A stretch of DNA of 64,000 nucleotides from Candidatus Saccharimonadota bacterium. Its GTDB lineage: Bacteria > Patescibacteriota > Saccharimonadia > Saccharimonadales > JAGQNJ01. The position numbers were made by a program, and so were the translations under genes. Shown piece after piece: positions 62,436-64,000 of the stretch (positions are counted from its first letter, which is position 1; the number at the start of each line of letters is the position of its first letter). The notes under the pieces are model-generated. The model was given only the letters and a program-made list of their open reading frames with translations, was not told the DNA's origin and ran no database searches. The DNA is taken from the NCBI GenBank assembly GCA_036826295.1, contig DAISWO010000001.1, positions 157,652 through 221,651 of the forward strand, read 5' to 3'.

Positions 62436-64000
62436 GTGTCCTTTTTGATCGTAATAGTTTTGGCATTGTTAGTATCTTTAGCTGTAATAGGGCCAATTAT
62501 CTTTCTTAATTCTAGAAAGGTACTTCGTGAGCAGAAGAATTATGAGCGTGGGCTAAAAATGGTGCCATTGCTTATTCATTTGCCCCCAAGTAGTGACGAT
62601 AAAGAGGCTGGCGCTAGAGATGAGAGGGAGTTAGTTGATGAAAATATATCTAAAGCTCAGATTCTATATACGATTATTGCTAGTACGATGCAGAAAGGAT
62701 TCAAGAATAAGTTTTACGGACAACGTCATTTCGCTTTTGAAATTGTAGCAACGCATGGATTTGTTAAGTTCTATGTAGCCGTACCCCTGGTTATGGTTGA
62801 GGTTGTAAAACAAGCTATAATCAGCTCGTATAATTCAGCGATATTAGAAGAGGTCCCTGAACACAATATATTTAGTCCTGTAGGTAAGATTAACGGAACG
62901 GTGGGCGGGGAACTTACCCTTAAAGAAAACTATGCTTATCCGATTGCTACTTATCAAGATATAAAGCGAGATCCGATCCAGTCACTACTTAACTCTTTAT
63001 CGAATCTTGAGAAAGACGATGGTGTTGGTATCCAGATTATGCTTAGGCCAGCAGATTCTAGTTGGAGAAAAGCCGCAAGTTCATTTGCTAGTAAAAAACG
63101 CAAGGGAGAAAAATCTCGAAAGCCCTCAGAGGAGGCTCTATGGTGGATTAAGCAAATATTTACAGCATTATGGAAACCACCAGAAGATAAATCCGGAAAG
63201 GATGGGGGCGGTTCGGATAAAGCAGATTTATCAAGCTTAGATCAGGCAGTATTAGATGCTGTTGACGAAAAGACTCGCCATGCGGGTTACGAGACATTGA
63301 TAAGGGTAGTTGCATCATCTAATGTGTCGCATAAATCTCAGGCAATATTAGCGAATGTAGTTGCAGCTTTTTCGCTATACGATGCTCCTGGGAAAAATGG
63401 ATTTAAGTTTACGCCCTCCAAAGATATCGATGAATTTGTTACTGCATTCATCTTGAGGTTTTTTCCACAACAAATTAATCAAAATATATTAAACGCTGTA
63501 GAGTTAGCCACTCTTTTTCATTTTCCTGACCAAAAGAATATTCCAACTAGCCAATTAGAGAGGCAAGATTCTAAACAAGTTGATGCGCCTCGTGATATGC
63601 CTACAGAAGGACTGTTTATCGGCTACAACTTATTTAGGGGTATCAAGAAAGCGATTCGAATCTCTTTGAAAGACAGACAGCGTCATATGTATATCGTTGG
63701 ACAGACAGGTACTGGTAAATCTACTTTTATGGAGAATCTTGCATTTCAAGACATGCTAAATGGTGACGGTTTTGCGTATATTGATCCTCATGGAGATGGA
63801 GCAGAGCACTTGCTTGGGATGGTTCCTAAAGAACGGACCGAGGATGTAATTTACTTCTGTCCTGCAGAGATGGAAAACCCTTTAGGGTTGAATATGTTTG
63901 AATATCAAAATCCTGATCAAAAGGACTTCTTGATTCAAGAGACCATCAACATGCTCTACAAACTATACGATCCTCAGAAACAAGGAATAATTGGCCCAAG
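62436..64000 (+). CDS. 5' part of a membrane-anchored T4SS coupling-protein-like (VirD4/TraD/TraG-type) ATPase; continues beyond the window
   Basis: I translated an open frame by hand from GTG 62436 to the window end. It is absent from the ORF track because it has no stop. N-terminal TM FLIVIVLALLVSLAVIGPIIFL; Walker A YIVGQTGTGKST near 63.70 kb; then YIDPHGD. Confidence 0.7.
   Translation, partial: MSFLIVIVLALLVSLAVIGPIIFLNSRKVLREQKNYERGLKMVPLLIHLPPSSDDKEAGARDERELVDENISKAQILYTIIASTMQKGFKNKFYGQRHFAFEIVATHGFVKFYVAVPLVMVEVVKQAIISSYNSAILEEVPEHNIFSPVGKINGTVGGELTLKENYAYPIATYQDIKRDPIQSLLNSLSNLEKDDGVGIQIMLRPADSSWRKAASSFASKKRKGEKSRKPSEEALWWIKQIFTALWKPPEDKSGKDGGGSDKADLSSLDQAVLDAVDEKTRHAGYETLIRVVASSNVSHKSQAILANVVAAFSLYDAPGKNGFKFTPSKDIDEFVTAFILRFFPQQINQNILNAVELATLFHFPDQKNIPTSQLERQDSKQVDAPRDMPTEGLFIGYNLFRGIKKAIRISLKDRQRHMYIVGQTGTGKSTFMENLAFQDMLNGDGFAYIDPHGDGAEHLLGMVPKERTEDVIYFCPAEMENPLGLNMFEYQNPDQKDFLIQETINMLYKLYDPQKQGIIGP

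Noticed and set aside
1-64000. Alternative genetic code (UGA=Gly, code 25), CRISPR arrays, rRNA genes, transposases and prophage blocks.
   Set aside because: TGA clearly terminates well-supported genes (for example UDG at 965-967) and long ORFs are intact under code 11. I saw no spaced direct-repeat array, no rRNA signature and no transposase, capsid or terminase-like ORF in the window.

Overview
This 64-kb chromosomal segment comes from a low-GC bacterium with small, tightly packed genes. TGA is used as a stop codon (for example the ATGA overlap at 964-967), and all five tRNA genes encode CCA. The gene content includes a type IV pilus locus with no secretin gene in the cluster, a T4SS coupling-type ATPase, many membrane-anchored hypothetical proteins and a lone purD. 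That combination suggests a monoderm Patescibacteria/CPR organism, Saccharibacteria-like, but this is inference only. Housekeeping blocks: UDG, RNase J and FtsK; rpsF-ssb-rpsR-efp-tlyA; ychF; ndk; nrdR, tgt and a deaminase; a T-box leader with thrS, then miaA; rpmB; RNase P RNA; purD; infC-rpmI-rplT; comM. Accessory blocks of interest: (1) 11.2-26.0 kb holds a 1111-aa Cys-rich exported protein followed by a complete type IV pilus operon (pilMNO, pilB, pilT, pilC, major pilin, prepilin peptidase, four pilin-like genes). (2) 28.4-29.0 kb holds a tRNA-Arg gene bracketed by a 5' fragment and a 3' fragment of itself, with a GIY-YIG nuclease gene in between. (3) 29.0-41.8 kb is a co-directional surface-structure locus and my best candidate for an undescribed system. 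It encodes an S8 protease with FG-GAP-like repeats, a PH-domain membrane protein, a PrsA-like foldase, two paralogous secreted subunit-like proteins, a membrane-anchored chaperone-like protein, a PKD bitopic protein and a 1490-aa glycine-rich fibre protein. (4) 44.0-44.4 kb holds a tRNA-Asp followed by a GC-rich insert and a degenerate copy of its own 3' end. (5) 60.4-64.0 kb holds a 1.1-kb ORF-free AT-rich region followed by a T4SS coupling-protein-like gene that runs off the window and is missing from the ORF track. Several candidate cis-regulatory or small RNAs and apparently leaderless genes are also noted. No CRISPR array, rRNA gene or recognisable transposase was seen.
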